This document shows positions 1 through 12,143 of a DNA stretch of 33,823 nucleotides, one piece after another (the first letter of the stretch is position 1; every line of letters begins with the position of its first letter). The notes under the pieces are model-generated. The model was given only the letters and a program-made list of their open reading frames with translations, was not told the origin of the DNA and made no database searches. Position numbers and translations under genes: made by a program. Source of the stretch: a virus (Duplodnaviria; Heunggongvirae; Uroviricota; Caudoviricetes). The stretch lies in the IMG/VR virus record IMGVR_UViG_2877251553_000003. One strand, written 5' to 3'.

Positions 1-624
1 CTAGCGTGCGCCTGTGCTTAAGCATATCTTAACTACCAGTGCCAGAATTGGGTCCTGACGTTTGCAATCAGCCAGCAATTCAACAATCTGCTCATGGGTA
101 AGCCATGCCATCTCTTTTTCTGCGATGGTGAATTTTCGCATGTTCTCCAGTGGGTTCGGATACGACCATTCGCCCAGACGGGATAGTTCGCTAAAAACAC
201 TACTTAGATAGCTTTGCTCCAGGTTAATGGTGACCGGGCTTGCTCCTTTCTTCCATTTCTCGCTGAAGTAGATCTCGCCTGTCAGGCGTTTATCTCGATA
301 GTGGGCAAACATTTTAGAGGTGAGATCGGTTGCAAGAGGATTGCCCAGAGCGTCAACCATCAACAGCAATTTGTCATAGACATGCTGCCCAGCTGTCAGA
401 GATTTACCATGTAGTTTGAACCATAGCTCAACCACGTCTTTCAGTGTTCGACGATCCACTGATTCACCCAGCCAGGGCTTTGCTTCGGTTTCTTCCATCG
501 TGTGGCGCTCAAAAGCCAGTGCTTCGCCTTTGGTGGCGAATTGTTTACGCACACGACGCCCACTTCGTCCGGCAGGGTAACATTCGCAAAGCCATTTCCC
601 AGTGGTGAGTTTTCGTACTGCCAT
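1..624 (-). pseudogene. int: P2-family tyrosine integrase, N-terminal ~207 aa only; ORF stops at an in-frame TAG (positions 1-3) straight after the conserved CLSTGAR motif
   Basis: Translation from the ATG at 624 reads MAVRKLTTGKW...ILALVVKICLSTGAR; P2 Int continues with W after this motif and is ~335 aa, so most of the catalytic domain is absent or lies beyond a premature stop. The track ORF starting at 780 is an upstream over-extension. Confidence 0.7.
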
Positions 625-812
625 AAAAAATGCCCTCCAGTAGAGAGTATTTTTACTGTATGTATAACCAGTGTCAATGTATGAAATCCTACGACCATAC
701 ATCTCACTGAAGCCATAATGAAGTTGGCTATTCTTTTTGCTATGTGAGCATGTAACTTTTGCGGTTAACCTGCGGCTCATTTTTATTTTAGACGCAGATA
801 TAAAAGCAAAAG

Positions 813-1016
813 TTATCGTGAGTTTTTAGTACAGATTTTTTTGGATTTACTAATAGTTCCATCATTGCAAACAAATTTTCCATCGGAGGTACAGTGAGAG
901 ACACCTCCCTTTTTCCCAGAACAAGGATAATTTTTAGCATAGGTAGTTAGTGGGCTTAATAACAAAGAGCATGATAAAGAGCATGATAAAACCACAAAAA
1001 ATACTTTACCAAGCAT
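813..1016 (-). CDS. Hypothetical small secreted cysteine-rich protein (67 aa)
   Basis: ATG at 1016 preceded by GGAGG; hydrophobic N-terminus ([15 protein letters not shown]) then a Lys-rich tail with 4 Cys; AT-rich; contains a 12-bp tandem duplication (gagcatgataaa x2). Confidence 0.45.
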   Translation of the reverse strand: MLGKVFFVVLSCSLSCSLLLSPLTTYAKNYPCSGKKGGVSHCTSDGKFVCNDGTISKSKKICTKNSR

Positions 1017-1030
1017 AGTTTCCTCCGGTA

Positions 1031-1606
1031 TTATCTAACATATTTAACTGTTAAACTTATAATTTTACCAATTATTTCAATGTCTTCTATCTTACAGTCG
1101 AAGGCTCTGTTTCCACCCTCGACGAAGATTCTTCCACCGGGTAAACGAGTAATGTCACGGATCGTTACTTCGCCATCAATACTTATTACCCATTTACCAT
1201 CACGTATGTCATCAAATTCTTTATCACAAATAAATTCAGAATTGTTATCTGTGATGACAAAAGGTTTTTTAAACGTAGAGGGTAGAAATCCCTTATCAAA
1301 AATATAAAAACCGTCTTCACGCAAGGCACCATCAGATAATACATATTTAGCAACTTCCATAGTATTTGTATTACCTGAAGTTTGCTTTGAACCATGTCCG
1401 GTTGTGAGCCAATTAAGCGAGGTGCCCGTTTCAAGGGCGCACTGGATTACCCATTCTGCTGGGAATGAGTCACGCATGTAGCGTGTGGCGAGTGTACTTT
1501 TAGAGATTCCTAAATGATCGCACAACGCCTGTCGAGTCTTGAATCCATAAGCTTCTACCATGCGCTCTATGGCGCCTCGTCCGCCTTTCTCCAAATTCAT
1601 GGTCAC
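1031..1606 (-). CDS. cI: Phage 186-type CI immunity repressor
   Basis: 191 aa; N-terminal HTH region (AYGF...LATRY) and overall similarity to 186 CI as recalled; divergent from apl. Confidence 0.8.
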   Translation of the reverse strand: MTMNLEKGGRGAIERMVEAYGFKTRQALCDHLGISKSTLATRYMRDSFPAEWVIQCALETGTSLNWLTTGHGSKQTSGNTNTMEVAKYVLSDGALREDGFYIFDKGFLPSTFKKPFVITDNNSEFICDKEFDDIRDGKWVISIDGEVTIRDITRLPGGRIFVEGGNRAFDCKIEDIEIIGKIISLTVKYVR

Positions 1607-1725
1607 TCCAAGTGAACTTTTATCTTGGCGATTTCACTGTGCGATCGTATGCTTATGGTGTTCACAAAATACAAACGATCCGTATTCGTCCTGATTAATC
1701 ATCATTAAACGAGGAATGTTGCATC
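1607..1725. promoter_or_regulatory. Lysis-lysogeny switch region between divergent cI and apl (promoters and operators expected)
   Basis: Intergenic position between divergently transcribed repressor and excisionase-like genes; short inverted motifs (GTCACT/GTGAAC, TTCACTGTG) visible; no operator mapped. Confidence 0.4.
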
Positions 1726-1947
1726 ATGAGACCTAACATTTCAATCACTCTTACCACGCCTCATGTGACTATTGAACGCTATAGCGAGCTGACAGGGCTA
1801 TCCATCGATACCATCAATGACATGTTGGCTGATGGACGCCTTATCCGTCACCGTCTGCGCAAAGATAAAAAACGCGAAAAAGTGATGATCAACATAGCAG
1901 CAATGACCGTTGATGCGCTTTCAGAATGCAATCTAAACCTTAATTAG
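1726..1947 (+). CDS. apl: Apl/Cox-like excisionase/regulator (73 aa)
   Basis: Small basic protein ([21 protein letters not shown]) in the apl/cox position; GAGGA upstream of the ATG. Confidence 0.55.
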   Translation: MRPNISITLTTPHVTIERYSELTGLSIDTINDMLADGRLIRHRLRKDKKREKVMINIAAMTVDALSECNLNLN

Positions 1948-1979
1948 TTCGATTCTGAAATACATCAGAGGCATTGACC

Positions 1980-2156
1980 ATGTTTGATTACCAAGTTTCC
2001 AAACATCCATATTTTGATGAAGCCTGTCGTGCATTTGCACTGCGCCACAATCTGGTGCAACTGGCAGAACGTGCAGGCATGAATGTGCAGATTCTGCGGA
2101 ACAAGCTGAACCCAGCTCAGCCTCATTTATTAACCGCACCAGAAATCTGGCTGCTT
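1980..2156 (+). pseudogene. cII: 186 CII-like transcriptional activator, truncated after ~59 codons by IS911
   Basis: [59 protein letters not shown] matches the 186 CII N-terminus as recalled; the reading frame runs directly into the IS911 left end at 2157. Confidence 0.75.
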
Positions 2157-2360
2157 TGAAGTGGCACACTGAATTTGGCCACCTGAACAGAGGTGATATG
2201 CTCACCTCAGAACAACACAGGTGCTCCAATGAAAAAAAGAAATTTTAGCGCAGAGTTTAAACGCGAATCCGCTCAACTGGTTGTTGACCAGAAATACACG
2301 GTGGCGGTGATGCTGCCAACTTACTGATTTAGTGTATGATGGTGTTTTTGAGGTGCTCCA

Positions 2361-2636
2361 GTGGCTTCTGTTTCTATCAGCTGTCCCTCCTGTTCAGCTA
2401 CTGACGGGGTGGTGCGTAACGGCAAAAGCACTGCCGGACATCAGCGCTATCTCTGCTCTCACTGCCGTAAAACATGGCAACTGCAGTTCACTTACACCGC
2501 TTCTCAACCCGGTACGCACCAGAAAATTATTGATATGGCCATGAATGGCGTTGGATGCCGGGCAACTGCACGCATTATGGGCGTTAGCCTCAACACGATT
2601 TTACGTCACTTAAAAAACTCAGGCCGCAGTCGGTAA
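2361..2636 (+). CDS. insA: IS1 InsA
   Basis: 91-aa [25 protein letters not shown]... with the zinc-finger-like CxxC...CxxC. Confidence 0.9.
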   Translation: MASVSISCPSCSATDGVVRNGKSTAGHQRYLCSHCRKTWQLQFTYTASQPGTHQKIIDMAMNGVGCRATARIMGVSLNTILRHLKNSGRSR

Positions 2637-2680
2637 CCTCGCGCATACAGCCGGGCAGTGACGTCATCGTCTGCGCGGAA

Positions 2681-4174
<1,494 letters not shown>

Positions 4175-4182
4175 CCACTTCA

Positions 4183-4822
4183 CGCCAGAGTTTTATTTGA
4201 GATCGCAAACAGGGAGGTGGCTTATTACAACATAAGGCAGGAGTTTAATTACTCAACTGAAATTACTGATTTCATGAAAGCGGTATATTTCCTGTATCTC
4301 AATCGTCACGGTTACCGTGGTTTATGTCGCTATAACAAGAGCGGGCATTTCAACATTCCCTACGGCAATTATAAAAATCCGTATTTCCCTGAAAAAGAAA
4401 TTCGCGCATTTGCAGAAAAAGCCCAGCGAGCAACGTTTATCTGCGCCAGCTTTGATGAAACGCTGGCGATGTTGAAGGCGGGGGATGTGGTGTATTGCGA
4501 TCCACCGTATGACGGTACGTTTTCCGGCTATCACACTGATGGTTTCACTGAAGATGACCAGTATCACCTAGCATCCGTTCTTGAACATCGGTCATCAGAA
4601 GGACATCCGGTCATTGTTTCTAACAGTGACACATCCCTGATCCGTTCGCTGTATTGCAATTTTACTCACCACTATATCAAGGTAAAACGCAGCATCGGTG
4701 TGGCAGCTGGCGAGGGTAAATCAGCAACAGAAATCATTGCTGTTTCCGGGCCGCGCTGCTGGGTGGGATTTGATTATTCGCGTGGCGTGGATAGTTCTGC
4801 CGTGTACGGAGTACGTGCATGA
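4183..4822 (+). pseudogene. dam: Dam-family N6-adenine DNA methyltransferase, 5'-truncated at the IS911 right end
   Basis: Translation from the IS boundary aligns with E. coli Dam from about residue 60 onward ([23 protein letters not shown] motif IV); the N-terminal part is missing. Confidence 0.75.
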
Positions 4823-4927
4823 GCCATGCCGATATGAACAACTGCTGCGGCTTTAACGAGGCTGCCGCAGCGTTCTCATGGAACAGCCCGAAAAAGGCCA
4901 TTAACCCTTATCTGGACCCGGCGGAAG

Positions 4928-6278
4928 TTGCGCCGCGAGGCACTGAGTGATCAGGTCTGGGAGCGTTATTTTTTTTATGAATCACGTGATCCTGTCCAGC
5001 ACGAAATGGAGCAGGATAAGCTCATTAGCCGGGCAAAGCTGGCGCATGAGCAGCAGCGTTTTAATCCGGATATGGTCATTCTGGCGGACGTCAACGCCCA
5101 GCCTTCCCATATCAGCAAGCCGCTGATGCAACGTATTGAATACTTCAGCAGCCTGGGCAGGCCAAAGGCTTATTCCCGCTATTTACGTGAGACGATTAAG
5201 CCATGTCTGGAACGACTGGAGCATGTACGCGACAGCCAGCTATCTGCATCTTTTCGTTTTATGGCAAGCCATGTAGGGCTGGACGGCCTGCTGATTCTGC
5301 CTGAAATGAGTCAGGATCAGGTGAAACGCCTGTCTACCCTTGTCGCTGCGCATATGAGCATGTGCCTTGATGCAGCTTGTGGTGATTTGTATGCCACCGA
5401 TGACGTTAAGCCAGAAGAAATCCGCAAGACATGGGAAAAGGTGGCAGCGGAAACCCTGCGTCTGGATGTCATCCCGCCTGCGTTTGAGCAACTCCGTCGG
5501 AAAAGAAACCGCCGTAAACCCGTGCCCTATGAACTCATTCCGGGTTCGCTGGCGCGTATGTTGTGCGCCGACTGGTGGTACCGGAAATTATGGAAAATGC
5601 GTTGCGAATGGCGGGAAGAGCAGTTGCGTGCTGTCTGCCTGGTCAGCAAAAAAGCATCTCCCTATGTCAGCTATGAAGCCGTGATGCATAAACGTGAGCA
5701 GCGCCGCAAGTCATTGGAGTTTTTCCGTTCTCATGAACTGGTGAACGAAGAGGGCGACACGCTGGATATGGAAGACGTGGTAAACGCCAGCAGCAGCAAC
5801 CCGGCGCACCGCCGCAATGAGATGATGGCCTGTGTTAAAGGTCTGGAGCTTATCGCGGAAATGCGCGGTGACTGCGCCGTTTTCTACACCATTACCTGTC
5901 CGTCACGTTTCCATTCCACGCTCAATAACGGCAGACCAAACCCAACCTGGACAAATGCGACGGTAAGACAAAGCAGCGATTATCTGGTCGGCATGTTTGC
6001 TGCATTTCGTAAGGCGATGCACAAAGCCGGGTTGCGCTGGTATGGCGTGCGGGTGGCTGAGCCGCATCATGACGGTACAGTTCACTGGCACCTGTTGTGT
6101 TTTATGCGCAAAAAAGACCGCCGCGCCATTACTGCATTGTTGCGTAAGTTTGCCATCCGTGAAGACCGCGAGGAACTGGGTAATAACACTGGTCCACGCT
6201 TTAAATATGAGCTGATAAACCCGCGCAAAGGAACGCCGACAAGCTACATCGCGAAATACATCAGTAAGAACATTGACG
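4928..6278 (+). pseudogene. A: P2 A / 186 A-type rolling-circle replication initiator, 5' portion, interrupted by the IS66-family element
   Basis: HUH-type motif (VHWHLLCF) and the YIAKYISK tyrosine pair just before the insertion point; start uncertain (TTG at 4928; an ATG ORF at 4819-4950 in another frame could be the true N-terminus). Confidence 0.8.
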
Positions 6279-6349
6279 GTAAGCGTACAGCCTGAACCGT
6301 CTGGTCAGAATCTGACGAATTAGACAAAGTGGTGTCCACCAAATAAGTA

Positions 6350-6750
6350 GTGGGAACCAAAGTGTCAGATATGCAGAAAAATGTGAATCCCGGCAGGCGA
6401 AAAGGCTGCCCTAATTATCCTCCCGAATTTAAACAGCAGCTCGTTGCTGCCTCCTGTGAACCCGGGATATCCATCTCAAAACTTGCTCTTGAAAATGGCA
6501 TTAACGCCAATCTGTTGTTCAAATGGCGACAACAATGGCGCGAGGGAAAGCTGCTATTACCTTCTTCAGAGAGCCCCAGCTACTTCCTGTGACTCTCGAT
6601 GCAGCTGCCGAACAGCCAGAATCGCTCGCAGAGGATCCGGAAACCCTCAGTATCAGCTGTGAGGTAACGTTCCGGCACGGGACGCTCCGCTTCAATGGCA
6701 ATGTCAGCGAAAAGCTCCTGACTCTGCTGATACAGGAACTGAAGCGATGA
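6350..6750 (+). CDS. tnpA: IS66-family TnpA (orf1); frame break in a C-run near 6574-6577
   Basis: Two overlapping track ORFs (6350-6592, 6523-6750) read as one protein if one C is added; start uncertain (GTG 6350 or ATG 6371). Confidence 0.7.
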
Positions 6751-7094
6751 TCCCGTTACCTTCCGGGACCAAAATTTGGCTGGTTGCCGGTATCACCGAT
6801 ATGAGAAATGGCTTCAACGGCCTGGCGGCAAAGGTGCAGACGACGCTGAAAGACGCTCCGATGTCAGGTCACGTTTTTATCTTCCGTGGGCGTAATGGCA
6901 GTCAGGTAAAGCTCCTCTGGTCTACCGGCGATGGACTGTGTCTGCTGACCAAACGGCTGGAGCGCGGCCGCTTCGCCTGGCCGTCAGCCCGGGATGGCAA
7001 AGTGTTCCTCACACCGGCACAGCTGGCGATGCTCCTTGAAGGTATCGACTGGCGGCAGCCTAAAAGACTGCTTACGTCCCTGACTATGTTGTAA
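6747..7094 (+). CDS. tnpB: IS66-family TnpB (orf2)
   Basis: 115-aa ORF MIPLPSGTKIWLVAGITDMRNGFNGLA... overlapping the tnpA stop (ATGA). Confidence 0.8.
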   Translation: MIPLPSGTKIWLVAGITDMRNGFNGLAAKVQTTLKDAPMSGHVFIFRGRNGSQVKLLWSTGDGLCLLTKRLERGRFAWPSARDGKVFLTPAQLAMLLEGIDWRQPKRLLTSLTML

Positions 7095-7142
7095 GCCTCT
7101 TTATCCTGGTCGACGCTGAATGAGCCTGGTAATATACCCGGT

Positions 7143-8680
7143 ATGAGCAGCTCACTTCCTGACGATATCAATGCACTGAAACGTCTCCTTGCCGAACAGG
7201 AGGCGCTGAACCGTGCCCTGCTGGAAAAGCTGAACGAGCGTGAACGCGAAATAGACCATCTGCAGGCACAGCTGGATAAGCTGCGCCGGATGAACTTCGG
7301 CAGCCGCTCCGAAAAAGTCTCCCGTCGTATCGCACAGATGGAAGCTGACCTGAAGGCACTTCAGAAAGAAAGTGATACCCTTACCGGTCGGGTTGACGAC
7401 CCGGCCGTGCAGCGCCCGCTGCGTCAAACCCGCACCCGCAAACCGTTCCCCGAATCACTCCCCCGCGATGAAAAACGGCTGCTGCCGGCAGCGTCATGCT
7501 GCCCGGAATGTGGAGGCTCACTGAGCTATCCGGGTGAGGATGCCGCCGAACAGCTGGAGTTGATGCGCAGCGTCTTCCGGGTTATCCGGACTGTACGTGA
7601 AAAGCATGCCTGTACTCAGTGCGATGCCATCGTGCAGGCCCCGCGCCTTCACGGCCCATCGAGCGGGGTATCGCAGGACCGGGGCTGCTGGCCCGCGTGC
7701 TGATCTCAAAGTATGCAGAGCACACCCCGCTGTACCGCCAGTCTGAAATGTACGGCCGCCAGGGCGTGGAGCTGAGTCGTTCACTGCTGTCGGGCTGGGT
7801 GGATGCATGCTGCCGGCTACTGTCACCGCTGGAAGAAGCGCTTCAGGACTATGTGCTGACTGACGGTAAGCTCCATGCTGATGACACGCCTGTCCCGGTG
7901 CTGTTGCCAGGCAATAAGAAAACGAAGACCGGGCGGTTATGGACCTACGTTCGTGACGACCGTAACGCCGGGTCAACGCTGGCGCCGGCGGTGTGGTTCG
8001 CTTACAGCCCGGACAGAAAAGGCATCCATCCGCAGACCCATCTTGCGGGGTTCAGTGGTGTACTGCAGGCGGATGCATACGCCGGGTTCAACGAGCTGTA
8101 CCGGGATGGCCGGATAACGGAAGCCGCCTGTTGGGCTCACGCCCGCCGTAAAATCCACGATGTGCACGTTCGCACCCCGTCAGCCCTGACGGAGGAAGCG
8201 CTGAAACGGATCGGCGAACTGTACGCCATCGAGGCAGAGATAAGGGGAATGACGGCGGAGCAGCGCCTTGCCGAACGTCAGTTGAAAACGAAACCGCTGC
8301 TGAAATCCCTGGAAAGCTGGCTGCGTGAAAAGATGAAAACCCTGTCGCGACACTCAGAACTGGCGAAAGCGTTCGCATACGCCCTGAACCAGTGGCCGGC
8401 GCTGACGTACTATGCAGATGATGGCTGGGCTGAGGCGGACAATAATATCGCTGAAAATGCGTTGCGGATGGTCAGTCTGGGCCGCAAAAACTACCTGTTC
8501 TTCGGTTCGGATCATGGAGGAGAGCGGGGAGCGCTGCTGTACAGCCTGATCGGGACGTGCAAACTGAACGGAGTGGAGCCAGAAAGCTACCTCCGCTATG
8601 TACTTGACGTCATAGCCGACTGGCCGATAAACCGGGTCGGCGAACTGCTCCCCTGGCGCGTAGCACTGCCGACTGAATAA
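7143..8680 (+). CDS. tnpC: IS66-family transposase TnpC (orf3); frame break near 7638-7647
   Basis: Track ORFs 7143-7703 and 7619-8680 join into one ~510-aa protein (leucine-zipper N-terminus, CxxC...CxxC, DDE region) with a single-base correction. Confidence 0.75.
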
Positions 8681-8725
8681 CACATCCCCGTCAATACGGT
8701 TCTTGCTGCACGCTTACCATTGACG

Positions 8726-9615
8726 GGCGTGGTCTGGCTGGCGAGATCAGCAAGGAAACGGGTAAATCCCTGCGTGATAACGCTGAATACGTTAATCCCT
8801 GGGCGTCTCTGCATCGTGTTCAGCAATTCCGCTTCTTTGGTATTCCAGGGCGTCAGGCTTACCGTGAACTGCGGTTGTTGGCTGGTCAGGCGGCAAGGCA
8901 GCAGGGTGACAAAAAAGCAGGTGCGCCGGTACTGGATAACCCGCGCCTTGATGCCATCCTGGCTGCTGCTGATGCTGGCTGTTTTGCCACCTACATTATG
9001 AGGCAGGGCGGCGTGCTGGTTCCTCGCAAATATCACTTGATCAGAACCGCTTATGAAATCAATGAAGAGCCGACCGCCTATGGCGATCACGGTATTCGTA
9101 TTTATGGCATCTGGTCACCCATTGCAGAAGGCAAGATCTGCACTCATGCAGTGAAGTGGAAAATGGTTCGTAAAGCCGTTGACGTTCAGGAGGCGGCAGC
9201 CGACCAGGGCGCTTGCGCCCCTTGGACTCGTGGCAATAACTGTCCCCTTGCTGAAAATTTGAACCAACAGGAGAAAGATAAATCAGCTGATGGGAACCCC
9301 AGAACGGACATTACCAGCATGGATGACAAGGAGTTGCACGATTACCTGCACAGTATGAGCAAAAAAGAGCGCCGGGAACTGGCAGCAAGGTTACGCCTGG
9401 TGAAACCGAAACGGCGTAAAGACTACAAACAGCGAATTACAGACCATCAGCGACTGCAGCTCGTGTATGAGCTGAAGTCCAGAGGATTTGATGGCAGCGA
9501 GAAAGAGGTCGATTTACTCCTTCGCGGAGGCAGTATTCCGTCAGGAGCAGGCCTGCGTATCTTCTATCGGAACCAGCGTTTGCAGGAAGATGATCAGTGG
9601 CGGAACCTGTATTAA
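8726..9615 (+). pseudogene. A: Replication initiator A, 3' portion (resumes in frame after the IS66 element and duplication)
   Basis: Removing 6279-8725 restores ...KNIDG|[21 protein letters not shown]... in one frame; stop at 9613-9615. Confidence 0.8.
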
Positions 9616-9768
9616 TTACGCGGGTTAACAATTCGTGCTCTTAATAATACCAGGCATATCAGGCTGATGAACGTAAAAAAACGTTTTACATCAGTAAGAT
9701 TATTATATACTGTAAATATAAACAGTGGTTATGCATGCAGTATTGCGTGTGGTGTCATAGGAGGAAAG

Positions 9769-9957
9769 ATGCAGGACTATTTTTTGGAGTCTTTGAAGCT
9801 CCAGCGCATTGATTTTTTTCTTAAGCTTGTAGCGGCTAGTGAGTGTAGTGATGAAGAGAAGGGGCTGGCTCTGCAGTGGGTTTCTGAATTGACTGATGAA
9901 CTCATGGCAAAAATCAGAACCCACGAATACAACCGCTCAATGGATGTCATCAGCTGA
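9769..9957 (+). CDS. Hypothetical small protein (62 aa)
   Basis: ATG at 9769 preceded by AGGAGGA; the track ORF from 9667 is probably over-extended. Confidence 0.4.
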   Translation: MQDYFLESLKLQRIDFFLKLVAASECSDEEKGLALQWVSELTDELMAKIRTHEYNRSMDVIS

Positions 9958-9967
9958 GGTGACTTTT

Positions 9968-10201
9968 ATGCGCATTGAAATAATGATCGATAAAGAGCAG
10001 AAGATTAGCCAGTCTACCCTGGACGCTCTTGAATCCGAGCTTTACCGCAATCTGCGCCCTCTGTATCCCAAAACGGTAATTCGTATCCGCAAAGGTAGCT
10101 CTAACGGTGTGGAACTTACCGGATTGCAACTGGACGAAGAAAGAAAACAAGTGATGAAAATTATGCAGAAGGTGTGGGAAGACGACAGCTGGCTGCATTA
10201 A
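9968..10201 (+). CDS. DinI-family protein (77 aa)
   Basis: MRIEIMIDKEQKISQSTLDALESELYRNLRPLYP...VWEDDSWLH resembles DinI (MRIEV...WESADDWFV) as recalled. Confidence 0.65.
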   Translation: MRIEIMIDKEQKISQSTLDALESELYRNLRPLYPKTVIRIRKGSSNGVELTGLQLDEERKQVMKIMQKVWEDDSWLH

Positions 10202-10336
10202 GAAACGTTGCTGGCGTCTGAACTAGCTTCTGGCGTCAGCAAGGTTGAACAACGAGCCCTTGCGAGGCGTTAGCTCTGTAGTGCATGTCTATGCCGCATG
10301 AGATCGCATGATCGTTTGAGGATCGTTTTTGCTAAG

Positions 10337-10360
10337 GCCCGCCAGAACTGGCGGGCTTTT
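10337..10360 (+). terminator. Rho-independent terminator after the dinI-like gene
   Basis: GC-rich inverted repeat GCCCGCC(AG)-AACT-(CT)GGCGGGC followed by TTTT. Confidence 0.6.
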
Positions 10361-10493
10361 GCGTAGATCATGCAGGTGCATGAAAACCACTACATAAAGC
10401 GGGCAGGCGTGGCGGGGATACGATTGCGCGCTAGGTATAAGTGTGTAAAATAATTCCAAAATAAATCATCACTAATGAAGTGAGAGGGTAATA

Positions 10494-12142
10494 ATGTTAG
10501 TCAAGAAAAATAAAAATTATAGTTTATATTTTTTAATTACAAATAATCAACAGATATCTGATTCTGGTAATTATATAAAAATAGTCCCATCAAGAAGCGA
10601 TTGGAATGATTTTGGATATTTGAGTAGAGTCGAAATATCTATTTTTAATAAAAAAGAGTGTAAGGATATAATTTCACTGAATGGTTATATTGGTTTTTTG
10701 AATTCAGAGGAGGAACGAAATGGAAAAGCAGAACTGATAAGGCGAGTGAAAAAAAAGGAAGAATCTAATTTAAAGGATGAGGGGTTTAATGATTATTTTG
10801 TCATGCTTCAGGATATGAATAATTATCGAAGACTAGTAAGATTTTTTGGGGTGAATGAATCCAAATATATATTAAATTTCATTAATGATGTTGTTTCTAA
10901 GAAAAGTGACGCTAGTGCAGAGAATTTGAGGAAAAAAGCAATCTCTTCTGATATCTTTAATAAATCTTTCATTAGAGAGTCTGAGTCGTATTTTACTTTC
11001 AAAAATGCAGGAACAGTTCTTTCCGGTATTCAATATGAGGAGTTGGGTAATTTATCACAGCACATCAAGATTAGCTATTCGAATAAAGTTAATGAAGAAG
11101 ATGTATCTTATGTTTTTAATTTTGATCACGAGCATGATTTACCAAAAAGAATTTCCATAATTATAGGCGAGAATGGTGTAGGAAAAAGCCAAACGCTTAG
11201 AGAAATCGCATTGGCTGCGATTAAAGGAAAGGATAATTTGGTGGCTGTAGTTGATTCTAACGGTGTGAGCATTGAAGAACGAATTCAAATTAGTAGGCTC
11301 ATTGCTTTTTCTCCAACAAATGAAAGTAAGTGTTCATTTCCAACCGATAAAAGAATAAAATCATTGATATGGTACAAAAGATTGACTTTAAATCGTGAAT
11401 CAAAATCCAAATTAAACTTGAATGATTTAATAGTGCAACTAGCGAGGAGTAACGACGCTATCGGCTATAATCAAAGGTGGAATATATTTGTTGATGCACT
11501 GAGTGTTCTAAATAGTAACAACGATTTAGTAATCAAATGTGGCGGTGAAAATTCACCATTTGTTAAATTAAATGAGCTTAATTCTCGAGGCGAAGAATCT
11601 AGACTATCATTATATTCTGAAATTATTCTCTCTGGCGAGCCTTTGAGGCTTATTGAAAATAAATGTTACCCTTTGAGTAGTGGGAAATATCGTTTATTAA
11701 GTTTTGTGTACAAGTTTGTTTGTATATTGAGAATGGGACTCTTCTATTAATAGATGAGCCAGAAACACATCTCCATCCTTCATTTATTAATAAATTTATG
11801 GCATTGCTTGATAATTTATTAGAAAAGACAGGCTCTTCAGCTATCATAGCAACGCATTCGGTTTATCTTGTTCGGGAGGTTTTTAAGGAGCAAGTGACAA
11901 TACTCAGAAGACGAGATGATGGGGTAATTGTTAGCGAAAAACCGAGATTGAGTACTTTTGGGGCGAATATAGGAAATATCTCATATTTTGTTTTCGGTGA
12001 GAGTGAACCAACTCAAATTTTAAATAAAGTAAAAAACAATATAATTGCAAAGAATATGTCTTGGGATGATGTTGAATCTAAATATAGCGAGGACTTATCA
12101 CTTAATGTATTAACTGCGTTGAGAAATGAAATGGGCAATTGA
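10494..12142 (+). CDS. ABC-type (AAA_15/AAA_21-like) ATPase of a candidate defence module, with a ~200-aa N-terminal extension; one frame break near 11715-11722
   Basis: Walker A IIGENGVGKSQ (about aa 213), LSSG signature, Walker B LLLIDEPE, H-loop ATHS; track ORFs 10494-11750 and 11720-12142 join if one T is restored in gtttgtttg; strong RBS GAGAGGG; very AT-rich. Confidence 0.8.
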
Positions 12143-12143
12143 A

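Larger units (their letters stand above)
6279..8717 (+). mobile_element. IS66-family insertion sequence (2439 bp) with an 8-bp target duplication
   Basis: Ends GTAAGCG... and ...CGCTTAC; direct repeat CATTGACG at 6271-6278 and 8718-8725; three-gene tnpA-tnpB-tnpC layout. Confidence 0.85.

Noticed and set aside
4819-4950. 43-codon ATG ORF overlapping the dam stop ([26 protein letters not shown]...)
   Set aside because: It could be the true N-terminus of gene A joined by another frame error, or a separate small gene; I cannot distinguish these without homologues, so it is not called as a feature.
9667-9768. Longer N-terminal extension of the small ORF (track start 9667)
   Set aside because: The internal ATG at 9769 has a strong AGGAGGA RBS and the upstream extension has none; the extension is treated as read-through of non-coding sequence.
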